Assembly (NCBI RefSeq): GCF_009914755.1
Contig: NC_060925.1
Direction: 5' to 3' (one strand)
DNA: 64,000 bases
Source: the human T2T-CHM13v2.0 reference genome, Homo sapiens
Position 1 is the first letter of the stretch. The number at the start of each line of letters is the position of its first letter. Shown piece by piece: positions 1 to 14,719 of the stretch. The position numbers and the translations under genes are program-made. The notes below the pieces were generated by a model, which had not been told where the DNA came from, did not search any database, and was given only the letters and a program-made list of their open reading frames with translations.

Positions 1-55
1 TTAGCTCCCATTTATGAATGAGAACATATGATGTTTTCTAATCCTGAGTTACTTC
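1..55 (-). mobile_element. L1 (L1PB/L1MA-type) 3' UTR fragment, continues off the window
   Basis: ttagctccca...tgagaacat...cctgagttacttc is the antisense L1 3' UTR; the same motifs occur at 50625-50690. Confidence 0.75.
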
Positions 56-470
56 CACATCACAGGGTAGTTCTCTCTGAGGAATATTCTGAGTTGTCAT
101 TTTCAGTCTCATATCCCAAGCTCTGAAGGGCACAAGGATCAACTCAGGCCAGGTGTATGGATACTTGACATTGATGGTTGCTGGACCTTAGCCATTTATG
201 CCCATCCACATGGCTCCAGCCATCTCGGTAAAAGTAATGCCTTCCAAGCAAATCCCCAGAATAATTTTACTGAAGCATGACAAAATTCACATGGAAGAAG
301 ACAGCTCCTGAAATATTCATGACAGCTCCCGCAGGCACACTACTCACTGCCCCACCAGGACCCGGGGAACCTCCACCTGCCACACAGTCCCCCAAGGGGA
401 AACAGAGGCATCGAAGGTTCCAGGGGTGAGGTGACACTCACTGTGGGTAGCCAGCAGCAGCCACGAATTC
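50..470 (-). pseudogene. Retrocopy fragment resembling ZNF329 (putative 5' UTR + first 21 codons)
   Basis: Minus strand 112->50 translates MRLKMTTQNIPQRELPCDVEV versus recalled ZNF329 MRLKMTTRNFPEREVPCDVEV. It is preceded by a GC-rich UTR-like stretch; the right boundary is approximate. Confidence 0.75.
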
Positions 471-542
471 CATTTTTTGGCATTATATATTACTTTTTAA
501 CATTTAACATTTTTATAGACTCCTTTTCAAACTTGCTGCTGT

Positions 543-1176
543 TTATTTTTTATTTTTATTTACTTATTTTTGAGACAGGGTTTCACTCTGTTGCCCTGAC
601 TGGAGTGCAGTGGCATGATCACAGCTCACTGCAACTTGACCTGCAGAGCTTAAATGATCCTCCCACCTCAGCCACCCAAGTAGCTGGGACTACAGGTGCA
701 TGCCACCACACTCTGCTAAGTTTTTAAATTTTTTGTAAAGACGAGGTCTCACTATGTTGCCCAGGTTGCTCTTGAACTCCTGAGCTCAAGCAATCCTCCT
801 GCCTTGACCTCCCAAAATGTTAGGATTACAGGCGTGAGCCATCACACCCGGCTTCTGCTGTTTTATTTTATTTATTATTATTATTATTCTTTTTTGAGAT
901 GGAGTCTTGCTCTGTCGCTCAGGCTGGATTACAGTGGCACAATCTCAGCTCACTGCAACCTCCGCCTCCTGGGTTCAAGTGATTCTCATGTCTTAGCCTC
1001 CCAAGCAGCTTACAGACACCCGCCACCATGCTCAGCTAATTTTTGTATTTTTTTATTAGAGACAGGGTTTCGCCATGTTGGCCAGGCTGATCTTGAACTC
1101 CTGACCTCAAATGGTCTCCCCACCTCGGCCTCCCAAAGTGCTGGGATTACAGGTGTGAACCACCATGCCCAGCTGG
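543..1176 (-). mobile_element. Two tandem Alus (AluJ-like ~543-853, AluS-like ~865-1176)
   Basis: Antisense Alu consensus with T-rich tails. Confidence 0.9.
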
Positions 1177-1266
1177 CTTCTGCTATTTTAGATTGACCTT
1201 TCTACAGTTAGTCCAAATTAAGAAGGTTTAATATTATATATGAAAGTAGCACACTAAGGAAACTAG

Positions 1267-1554
<288 letters not shown>

Positions 1555-1935
1555 TAGCCGTAAAAATAATTATATTCTGATACAGTTAGAGAAAAGCATA
1601 CTTCAAAAATATGCTTTACTGATTTTTTTTTTAATAAGCATGGAGAACTGAAAACACTAGTATTGTTAACTCCCAGTTTTTCCCAAGTAATTGGAGATAG
1701 GGTTATTATGAATAAATCCATACATAACTCACAATTCTCTTTTTAGCCATTATGCCTCTACGTTATTGTCCTTATTATAATCTATACCAATAAAGAAGCT
1801 TTGGCAGAGTCAATTCTGTTTCACACCCTAACAAAAATGGTAGCCTAGTTTTATGCATATTAAATGGTTAAGAAATACATAAATACTATAATACATATGG
1901 CATTTTACCATGAAAGAGACCTGAAGTTTGCTTGT

Positions 1936-2044
1936 GAAAGTAGATTTCAGAAGGATTGTGGCTTGTGAGTTATTGCAAATTGATGGAATGAGAAAGTGGA
2001 TTTCAGAAGGGTTGCAGCTTGTGAGTTATTGCAAATTGATGGAA
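1936..2044. repeat. Tandem duplication, 2 x 53 bp, period 56
   Basis: gaaagtRgatttcagaaggRttg..gcttgtgagttattgcaaattgatggaa at 1936 and 1992. Confidence 0.9.
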
Positions 2045-3231
2045 CTCATTTTTTCAAAACAAGTGTTAGAGCGGAATTGATTATATTTGAAAATATTTGT
2101 TGGGTTAAAGGATCTTATTACTGGTGTGTAAACCAACAACAATTACTTACGTGATTTATCCTGGTTAGATTCCTGTTATATTACAGTCAACATATCTAAT
2201 TATGGTGAATGAATAGACATTCTAGGCCTTGAGGTAGATCATTCATATGCATTAAGGATGGAATGCATTAAAGATGGATGCATGTGTAGAGAGAGGTTCT
2301 GACAGGAAACCTGAGGTCCCTGGATCAGAGAACAGAACATTTATCATTTGCAGAGCATCTTAGTGCCAGTTCTCAGCTCCTAAACTCCGTGAGGCACTGC
2401 AGTGAGGGCCTGATGTTACCTAGCCCATGCAGTGGGATTGCACCACAGAAAAGGAACACCAAAATTAGGAAACTTTAAGCTTCCACAGGTTGTTGGCAGA
2501 TCTTCCCATTCTCCTCTCTAGAGACAGAAAGACCTTTCTTTGGAAGGTAAATCTTTGGGAGGGGAGGAGAAGGTAGTTTCCTTACCCTGTAATATAAGGA
2601 AATGACTTCCAGGGGAGGAATGTTTCTCAATTTTTCTGGAGTAATACATATCTCTAGTTTCCAAGGCATGTTTGCTTTTTAATCATCCTTTAACCAAGTT
2701 TACTGGTGCTCTGCTCAGACAGGTCAGACCATGCTAAAACATAAAAATATTCATAGAAAAGTGTCTCCCAATAGTTGGTTATCTGAAGTCAGATGGGAAT
2801 TTATAAAACCAGATATAGATGGGTGTGTCTCATAACACATGCAGTAAACTGAGGTATCTGGTAGATATTTAGGTGTGCATGTGTGCAGGTGCATGGCTCA
2901 GTTCAGCTGAGTGCAGCTTTCTGCAATAACCTGGTGTTTCTCATCTGAATTTTGCACCTAAGCAAATGCGAAATTCATGTTATGCTCAAATTGTTCCCTA
3001 ATACATGAATTGTATTGGATCAAACTCATTTTCTCAAAACAAGTGTTAGAGCAGAATTGATTGTATTTGAAAATATTTTTTGGGTTAAAGGATCTTATTA
3101 CTGGTGTGTAAAGCAACAACAGTTACTCATCTGATTTATCCTGGTTAGATTCCTGTTATATTACAGTCAACATATCTAATTATGAGTGAATGAATACACA
3201 TTCTAGGCCTTGAGGTAGATCATTCATATGC
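2043..3231. repeat. ~208-bp direct repeat pair (2043-2250 and 3023-3231)
   Basis: Near-identical aactcatt...gaggtagatcattcatatgc segments 980 bp apart. Confidence 0.93.
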
Positions 3232-3786
3232 TTTATTTAATTTAGTCTCATAAAACCCTAGGAAGTGTTACAGACTGATGTTATCAATAAGACCCAGATA
3301 GGACTCTAAGACTCAGAGAGCATAAGAGACTTTCCCGAGGTCACACAGAGCAATTGACAGAGCTGATATTTGAAATCCAGTTTTCTTACTCTAGTCTAGA
3401 GCTCTGCTGTGGCTCTATGGCAACCCTTTAAAATGGCCATATAAGTTGTGAGTTTAAGTGAAAAGAGCTTCTGCCTTTCGACTGTTTTCTCCATCACTCC
3501 ATGGAAAATCCCCACATTCACCAGTAACCTGCCAGTTGCCAGCTTAACAGACATTTTTTTGCCTACATCTTATAAACCTTTTTGCAGCCTTTCATACTGT
3601 TAATACTGCCCTCCTTGAAACTTCTGTTTTCTGTGACACCATGCTTTCCTGATTTTCCTTCTTGGCCATTTCTCAGTCTTTTTTACTGATGTATCATTTT
3701 TCTACCCCTTAAATAAATGGTATTCTGTAATTTTTTTGAGCTTCATATCCAACCACTGACTAAACATACCTGTTAAAGTCTACCTT

Positions 3787-4407
3787 ATTATTATTTTTTT
3801 TTTTTGAGAAGGAGTCTCACTCCGTAACCCAGGCTGGAGTGCCGTGGCACAAATCTTGTCTCATTGCAACCTCCGCCTCCCGGGTTCACGCCATTCTCCT
3901 GCCTCAGCCTCCCAAGTAGCTGGAACTACAGGCACCTGCCACCACGCCTGGCTAATTTTTTATATTTTTAGTAGAGATGGTGTTTCACCGTGTTAGCCAG
4001 GATGGTCTTGATCTCCTGACCTTGTGATCCGCCCGCCTCAGCCTGCCAGAGTGATGGGATTACAGGCGTGAGCCACTGTGCCCGGCCCCTTATTTTTTTA
4101 TTTTTTAAATTTTTATTGTTTTTAATGAGATGGGGTCTCACTCTGTCACCCAGGCAGGAGTACAGTGTCATGATCGCAGCTCACTGCAACCTCTACCTCC
4201 CAGGCCCAAGTGATCCTCCCACCTCAGCCTCTCGAGTAGCTGGGCCCAGAGGGCTGACCACCACACCTGGCTAATATTTTGTATTCTTAGTAGAGATGAG
4301 GTTTCCCTGCGTTGCCCAGGCTGGTCTTGAACTCCTGAGCTCAGGCAGTCCACCCGCCTCAGCCTCCCAAAGTGCTGGGATTATAGGCATGAGCCACTGT
4401 GCCCAGC
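3787..4407 (-). mobile_element. Two tandem Alus (AluSc/Y-like, then AluJ-like)
   Basis: Antisense Alu consensus. Confidence 0.9.
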
Positions 4408-4537
4408 CAAAATATATCTTAAATATCTCAAATGTAACCTGTCCCAAATTCAACTTGTGGGACTCTGTCACCAGTGACTGATCTTCACCAGAGCTACTGG
4501 CCAAAGTTTGTTGACAGGCAAGGTTACGATAAACAGT

Positions 4538-5730
<1,193 letters not shown>

Positions 5731-6178
5731 TGACCAGCCTGGGCAACATAAGGAGACCCCCGTCTATATAAAACATAAAAGTAGCTGAGCATGGTGGCGT
5801 ACACCTGTAGCCCCAGGTACTTGTGAGGCTAGGGTGGGAGGATTGGATTGCTTGAGCCCAGGATTTTGAAGCTGTAGTAAGCTATGTTCATGCCACTGCA
5901 CTCCAGCCTGAGTGACAGAGCAAGACTCTGTCTCTAAAAAATAAAATACAGTTTTTTTTAGATAATCCAATATTGTTGTTAGCCTGATAACACAGGTCAT
6001 AGTAACCTAGAGACCCACAAGAAGAAACATAGAGATTAGAAATTTTTCTAATTTCTAATTAAGAATTAATTAATTCTAATTAAAAATTAGAAAAAGATGC
6101 TCATAAAGAGGCTTCATTTTTGGTGTATAATTTTGTGATAATACTACCTATATTTAAATATGTATATTTAAAAGTGTA

Positions 6179-6530
6179 CAGTCATGTGCTGCATAATGAC
6201 ATTTTGGTCAACAATGGACCACATATATGACAAAGGTTTCATAAGATTATGATACCGGATTTTTACTGTACCTTTTCTATGCTTACATACACAACTGCTT
6301 ACCATTGTGTTACAGTTGCCAACACTATTCATTGCAGTAACATGCGGTACTGGTTTATAGCCTAGGAACAATAGGCTATACCATATAGCCTATGTGTGTA
6401 ATAGGCTATATCATCTAGGTTTGTGTGAGTACACTCTGTGATGTTCACACAGGAATGAAATCAGGTAACAACATATTTCTCAGAACTGTCATTAAGGGAT
6501 GCATGACTGTTATTAAGCAATGCATGACTA
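6179..6530. mobile_element. Tigger3/MER7-type DNA transposon MITE
   Basis: cagtcatg...catgactg termini; the terminal ~22 bp is tandemly duplicated. Confidence 0.75.
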
Positions 6531-6642
6531 TATCTATATTTACATGTAAGTGGAAATATATATATTTCAAAGGAGAAAGTCTAGATGATTTAAACTTTTT
6601 GTTTTATTTTTAATTTACCACTTACATATTCCAACTAATTGA

Positions 6643-6858
<216 letters not shown>

Positions 6859-6929
6859 TAAATAGACACGACTGATTTGCTGTCTTGGTTGTGGCTGTAG
6901 AGTGTGGAAGGGCAGCTGTCTCTTACCAG

Positions 6930-7213
6930 CACGGTGGTTTTCAAACTCTGGTTTTCACACAGGCCACAGGGGTTCCATGAAGGCCAAAGGGGTTCCACTG
7001 TGATTCCTCAGGGGGAGTCCAACAGGGGAAGAGGTTGACCATCAGGCAAGGTTTTCTGCAGGTTTTCACACGTGCATACGTTGGCCTACCCAGACATGTG
7101 CATGTATATGTTTCTGCCAGAGCAGATCTCATCTATGTTCTGCATTGGGCATGAACCTAAGATTTTATTAGAAGAAAATGTTCTGTTGCCTAAAATAGAT
7201 TTGAAAGCCACTG
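6930..7213. mobile_element. hAT-Charlie-type MITE
   Basis: Inverted termini gtggttttcaaa...tttgaaagccactg. Confidence 0.6.
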
Positions 7214-9450
7214 TCATAGAAAATGTAGTTAAATGCAGTTTTTAATTTTATAGGCATTATAGTATTGAGAAGTATTATTTCTACATGAATGACATGTATT
7301 TTCTCTGAATGCATTTTGGCTCAGATTCCGTGATTCAAAATAGTTGATACTCATGAATAGCATTGATTAGGAGGTTTAATATTTCAATGTACTTTTTAAA
7401 AACCATTGTTCTGCTTCAGAATTGGGTTGCTTAGACATTCCAGGCGTTTAGATTTCAAATTAAAGCCGGTTGCCTGTTTTAGTCAGGCTCTTTGATTGCA
7501 AGTAACTAAAATCTGCTTAAAAGCAGAAAAAAATTTAATAAGAAATACATATTATCTTTTGGAACTCAAGGGAAAGAAGTGCAGCTGGGTCTCACTATGG
7601 ACTAGAATCTGAACCAGAAAACTTAGGAACCCAGCCAGTTCTTCCTCCTCTTTGTGTTTCAAATAGAAGGTTGATAAGAAGTTATTCTGGCGCTACTGAA
7701 CAGAAAGAGCCAGAGTATTTGCAGTGGCAAGTGGTAATCTTCTAGGTTCAGGGGTGCACAGCCCTTAATGAAATTAGCAGTGGGTTTAGGTTACTGTAAT
7801 CCACCAAGCCAAATAGTAGTAATATTTGTACTCTTAGAAATCACGCTGGTTTTGCCAGTTGACAGCAATACAACCCAAGGATTGCTAGTCTGAACTAGCT
7901 ATTTACTATTCAAAATTTGAACTTTTCTCTATGGGACTGTGTACTTTGTAAATATACATATACGTATTTTCCTAATTTTTGTGAAATCTGCATTAAAGGT
8001 TGCAAAATTCAGAATATAATGTAGATTGAACATTATATTTTCCGTATCATGGGTATATTTCCTAAATCATGGTGTGGGTGTAGGTGTGTGTCTCTCTGTC
8101 TTGTTTTCTTTTTTTTTTTTTTTAACCAACACAATTGTATTTTAAAAATTAATTTTATTTTGTGTCCACGTTTTTCATGAGACCATGTGGGCATCCTACC
8201 AAAGTTATAGAGCCCTATAGCTATTGCTGTCATACAGGGAAGGCAGGACCCTGTGACCATTTCCAATATGTCCTCAAACAGTGCCTATATTTGGCCTCTC
8301 CCTGTGTGCTGCCTGACAATGAACTAACAGGACTGTGTTTTAGGAGCTGGACCTAGAATATTAGGTTTGTATTCTAGGACAGCTCTTGCTCACATTTCTG
8401 GTTTATTTTGTTCACCTAGCAGTAAAAAAGAAATTCATATTAACTAGAAAGACAATAAGTTTTCCTACTTTTTTCTTGCCCTTATGTAAGTTAGAATAGC
8501 CAATTTTAAATTATAAGGTTACCTTCCTAGTCCAGACTCAAACATCTTTCTGTTTATAGTACATATTAATTTTATTATGTAGTTTAAGGAATATTGTGTC
8601 AGTAGTTCAGATAATACATATTCATCTAAAGCCCAACATTGGAACTTTCTCAATTACTTCTTGTTCTAGATGATCATTGTCAGCATTCTTCTAGTGGTGT
8701 GGCTAAAAATCCTTTTGTAATATGGCTACTTTAATTTTTTAATTATACATACTTATATATTAAAAGATCAATACAAGTACTTACAAAGGACCAGGATTTA
8801 TGACTGGAATTTTATTCAGTTTAGGTATCAACATTTTTAAAACCTTAGTTTGCTAGTTTAATGTGCCCAAATTGGTATGGTCTTCTATTAAGCTAATATT
8901 TCATGGTCAAGTTACTTCCTCAGTAACACCCCTCATAACACAGGTCTTCCAAGGTAGTCTCTCCAGTTGCTCTGTCCATTCTTTACCATGATCCTCAGCC
9001 CAATCCCCGGAACACTTTCTATGCTGAAAGACAGTCTGATGCCATTCACTTGCTTGTGGTGGCACAACTAAGCCAAAGAAATCATTTCTAACAGAGTGGT
9101 TAAGAGTGTGTGGACTGTGGGGACAATCTGCATGCGTTTTAATTCCATGTCCACCATTATTAGCTGTGTGAATTTGAGTAAGTCACTTAACCATTCATTC
9201 TGCGTTTCAGCATCCTTATCAGAGATGGGGATTATAACAGTCTCCATCTCATAATGTGATTGTGAGAATTAAATTACAGTTGTTACTGAGCACTCATTGG
9301 GCTTACTACCTGATTAGCCTTCATGGATTCCATTAGTTATGTTACTACTTTTCTGAATATTGTATCCTGGGATGCTACTGCACATTACCCCTTGTTGTGG
9401 ACCTCTGTAACATTATCTTCCTGCCTGAAATGCTCTCAGTTGCCATATGA

Positions 9451-10147
<697 letters not shown>

Positions 10148-10986
10148 CCCATCATTTCTAACTTGAGCTTTGTGACACTCAAAATCTGGTATATCTTCCA
10201 GAATACCTTTCTTATCAATGCCTGATAATATACCATTAGACATTCATTCATTTGGTTAAGATGTCAAATCTTCCTTTAATATCTCTCTGAATATTTAGTA
10301 AATTGGCACTGTGTCCGAAGATCATTGTTTTGTATGTCCTTGAAAAAGCTAAAAGTTTTTTCAGAAGTGGTATGATTTAGTAATTGAGAAGTTGGTCTTT
10401 TTGCGTTTAGATTATGATCCCACCGCTTATTTTTAAAATTCCACCACTTATTAATTGTTGAGAAGTTACTTAATCTCTCCAAGTTTCAATATTTTTATCT
10501 GTAAAAGGAATAGTAGTAGAAATTATAGCATGGGTGGCTGTGAAGATTGAATCAGATAATGCACATGAAGCACTTAGCATAGTACCTGGCACATTGTAAG
10601 CTTTCAAAAGTAAATGTTAGTTGCTATAAGTGTGTGATAGATATCTGTAAGACTGGCACATATGTTGCCTGTTCTAGCTTGTCTTATATCAGGGGGCAAA
10701 CTATGGCCTAAATGTGGTTAAGTGGCCTGTTTTTGTATGAGGCAACAAAAAAGCAGAGACAAGTAATGCCACAGGGACCTGCAAGTCTAAAGTGCCTTTC
10801 AAGAGTCACTTGGGTTTGTTCCCAAACCTGCGTATGCCATTTGAATTTATTATTTTGATGACAATGAATATAAGTCAATGATACATAAAATATGAAAGAG
10901 AAAAGTTATTGTTCCAGTGAAAACTCGGATGAGTGCTTTGGGGGGATTAAATAAGGGAAAGGCACTTAAAAAATTGCTGTTGTGAA

Positions 10987-11270
10987 CAGGTGCAGTGATT
11001 CACACCTGTTATCCCAGCACTCTGGGAGGCTGAGACGAGAGGATCACTTGAACCAGGGAGTTTGAGACCAGCCTAAGCAACAAAGCAAGACCCCATCTCT
11101 ACAAAAAAATTTAGCTGGGCATGGTGGTGTGCACCTGTAGTCTCAGCTAATCGGGAGGCTGAGGTGGGAGGATCATTTGAGCCTAGGTGTTTGAGGTTGC
11201 AATGAGCCAGTGAGTGCCATTGCATTCCAGCCTTGGGAACAGAACAAGACCCTGTCTCAAAAAAAATTAA
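10987..11270 (+). mobile_element. AluJ
   Basis: Diverged Alu with the J-type ggaggatcatttgagcc motif. Confidence 0.85.
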
Positions 11271-12586
11271 AATCAAACTAGGTATCATAGTGTATATATG
11301 TATTGTTTTTGTGAAAATGAGGCTTATATCAGCAAACCCATGTTAAAAAAAAGATGGGCCTTATGATAAAAGATTTGTGAATTAAATGCATATTTCTTCT
11401 TAAGTTAGAGTAAAATTATAGTATACAAAAATAGCTTTTTTAATTCCTCATTTTTTTCAATTAACTAAACAACTATTAGTCCAAATTTTGTCGGATAATA
11501 GAGTATCCATGGCACTTAACTTCAGAAAGTCCAGTCCTATGAAAGCTATAGTCAATGGATGTCACAAAATTCTCAAGAGAAGGTTAACTTTGCTTTTACA
11601 AAGTTATGTTCTCTAAAGTATTTGATAAGAAGTGACATGGACAATAGTGATTACTCCAAAAATTTAGATTCACCACTCTGGATTTAATCCTTACTCAGTT
11701 ATGTGGAATTAAAGCAAATAAATAAATAAATACATTCTTAGAGCAAGAATACTTTAAAAATTAGTCCTACTAAAATTTCCTTCTCTAGAGCTTCTCTGCA
11801 TAATCCAGGCCATTATTCTGCCTGGAGTAGTGAATCTAGTTCAGCTAACATTAGGAAGTATTGAATAGCAGTGTACTAAAGCAGCAGCAAGGCGGAAATT
11901 AGGGCATCTTGATAGAGCCAGAAGCAGCATTAACAGTTGAAATTAAACTTAATCAAAAGGAGAAAATAGTTTTTGGCATGTTGGAAAATAACAAATTTGG
12001 CAAAGATTTTTAATACACCATACCATCTACAGCATTATTTTTAAACCTGAGGCATGTGTCCTAATTAAGTAGGAATGTTTTCTAAGTTTCTGTTTTAAGG
12101 TCAGAGTAATTGTTTAAGCCTCAGATGCTTCTAATTTTACTAAAATGGAAATGGCTGACATGCTGTGTTCAAGTCTTCTGAGAAGTAGACACAAAGATGG
12201 GATTAGACTTTCAAGAAATGTATTAGGCTAAATGTATGTGAGAGAACATAGGGAGAAAGCCAGAGAAAACAGAGCTGCTAGACTGCAACGCTGATTTGAC
12301 TCTGAGTGAAGGAGAAAGAGAAGGAAGTTAGATAGAAGCATCTTAGACTGCAGTGGAGTTCCAAGAAAAGTTGGGCAAGGCCATTATTGGAAAGTTCCCA
12401 TGCCAAAGGCACCCATCAGAGAAGCGCCTGTTTTCTAGGGCTAGACCTGCCTTATTGTCCTTGCTGGCCTCAGTCATTGTCAGGAAGTAGCTTCTGGTGA
12501 GATGACCTTGTGACCTAGGTGGAATAAATTTCCGAGTGCTGTAGCTGAAGCTATCAGTCATTATGCAGTCAAAGATTAGAGGGGTA

Positions 12587-12886
12587 GGCCCGGTGCGGTG
12601 GCTCACGCCTGTAATCCCAGCACTTTGGGAGGCCGAGGCGGGCGGATCATGAGGTCAGGAGATTGAGACCATCCTGGCTAACTCGGTGAAACCCTGTCTC
12701 TACTAAAAATACAAAAAATTAACCAGGCGCAGTGGCATGTGCCTGTAGTCCCAGTTACTCAGGAGGCTAAGGCAGGAGAATCGCTTGAATCCAGGAGGCG
12801 GAGGTTGCAGTGACCCGAGATCACGTCACTGCACTCCAGCCTGGACGACAGAGTGAGACTCCGTCTCAAAAAAAAAAAAAAAAAAA
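12587..12886 (+). mobile_element. AluSc/Y-like with perfect 16-bp TSD aaagattagaggggta, inside an old MLT1-like LTR (~12160-12920)
   Basis: TSD at 12571-12586 and 12884-12899. Confidence 0.9.
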
Positions 12887-13349
12887 GATTAGAGGGGTAT
12901 ATTCTCATGACTGCTACACATATAAATCATGACATGCTATGTATTCATATACCTTTACCACTAGGCATAGTCAGATAAAGTAAGAAATAATTGTTAAAAA
13001 AAACACTTATTATTTGCTAAGTATTGTGGTGCTGAGATTGGGATTCATAAAGAAATGAATGAAGCACTGAGGATTAAATGGATTATCTATCGATATTCAA
13101 CAGTGTGAAAGAAAAGACTGCCATGGAAAAAAGTCCTGGCAGATATCCAATAAACTGCTAAAAGTGGTTATTTCTAGGTCATGGAATTGAAGTAAATGAA
13201 GAAGCAGGGTGAGAACTTAAAATTTTCACTTTATCCAATTCTATATTGAAGTTTATTACAAACATATTGTTTTTATAATTTAAAAAAGTTTTTAAAATCT
13301 GGCTTTCCATTTTTAAGGAAAGAATTACAGACTAAAAATTTTTTATTCT

Positions 13350-13373
13350 GTGCTTGCTTCGGCAGCACACATA
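13350..13373 (+). pseudogene. U6 snRNA 5'-end retrocopy fragment
   Basis: GTGCTTGCTTCGGCAGCACACATA versus U6 GTGCTCGCTTCGGCAGCACATATA (2 mismatches in 24), starting at U6 nt 1, with degenerate direct repeats on both sides. Confidence 0.8.
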
Positions 13374-13489
13374 ATTTTTTTTATCTGTTCAAATAGGCTC
13401 AATCATACTATGAGGTCACTATCTTTGTCCTCTTTTATAGAAAAATAAAAACTATATAGCAAACTTAGTACATTAAATATTCATTTGAT

Positions 13490-14710
<1,221 letters not shown>

Positions 14711-14719
14711 GGCAAGGTT

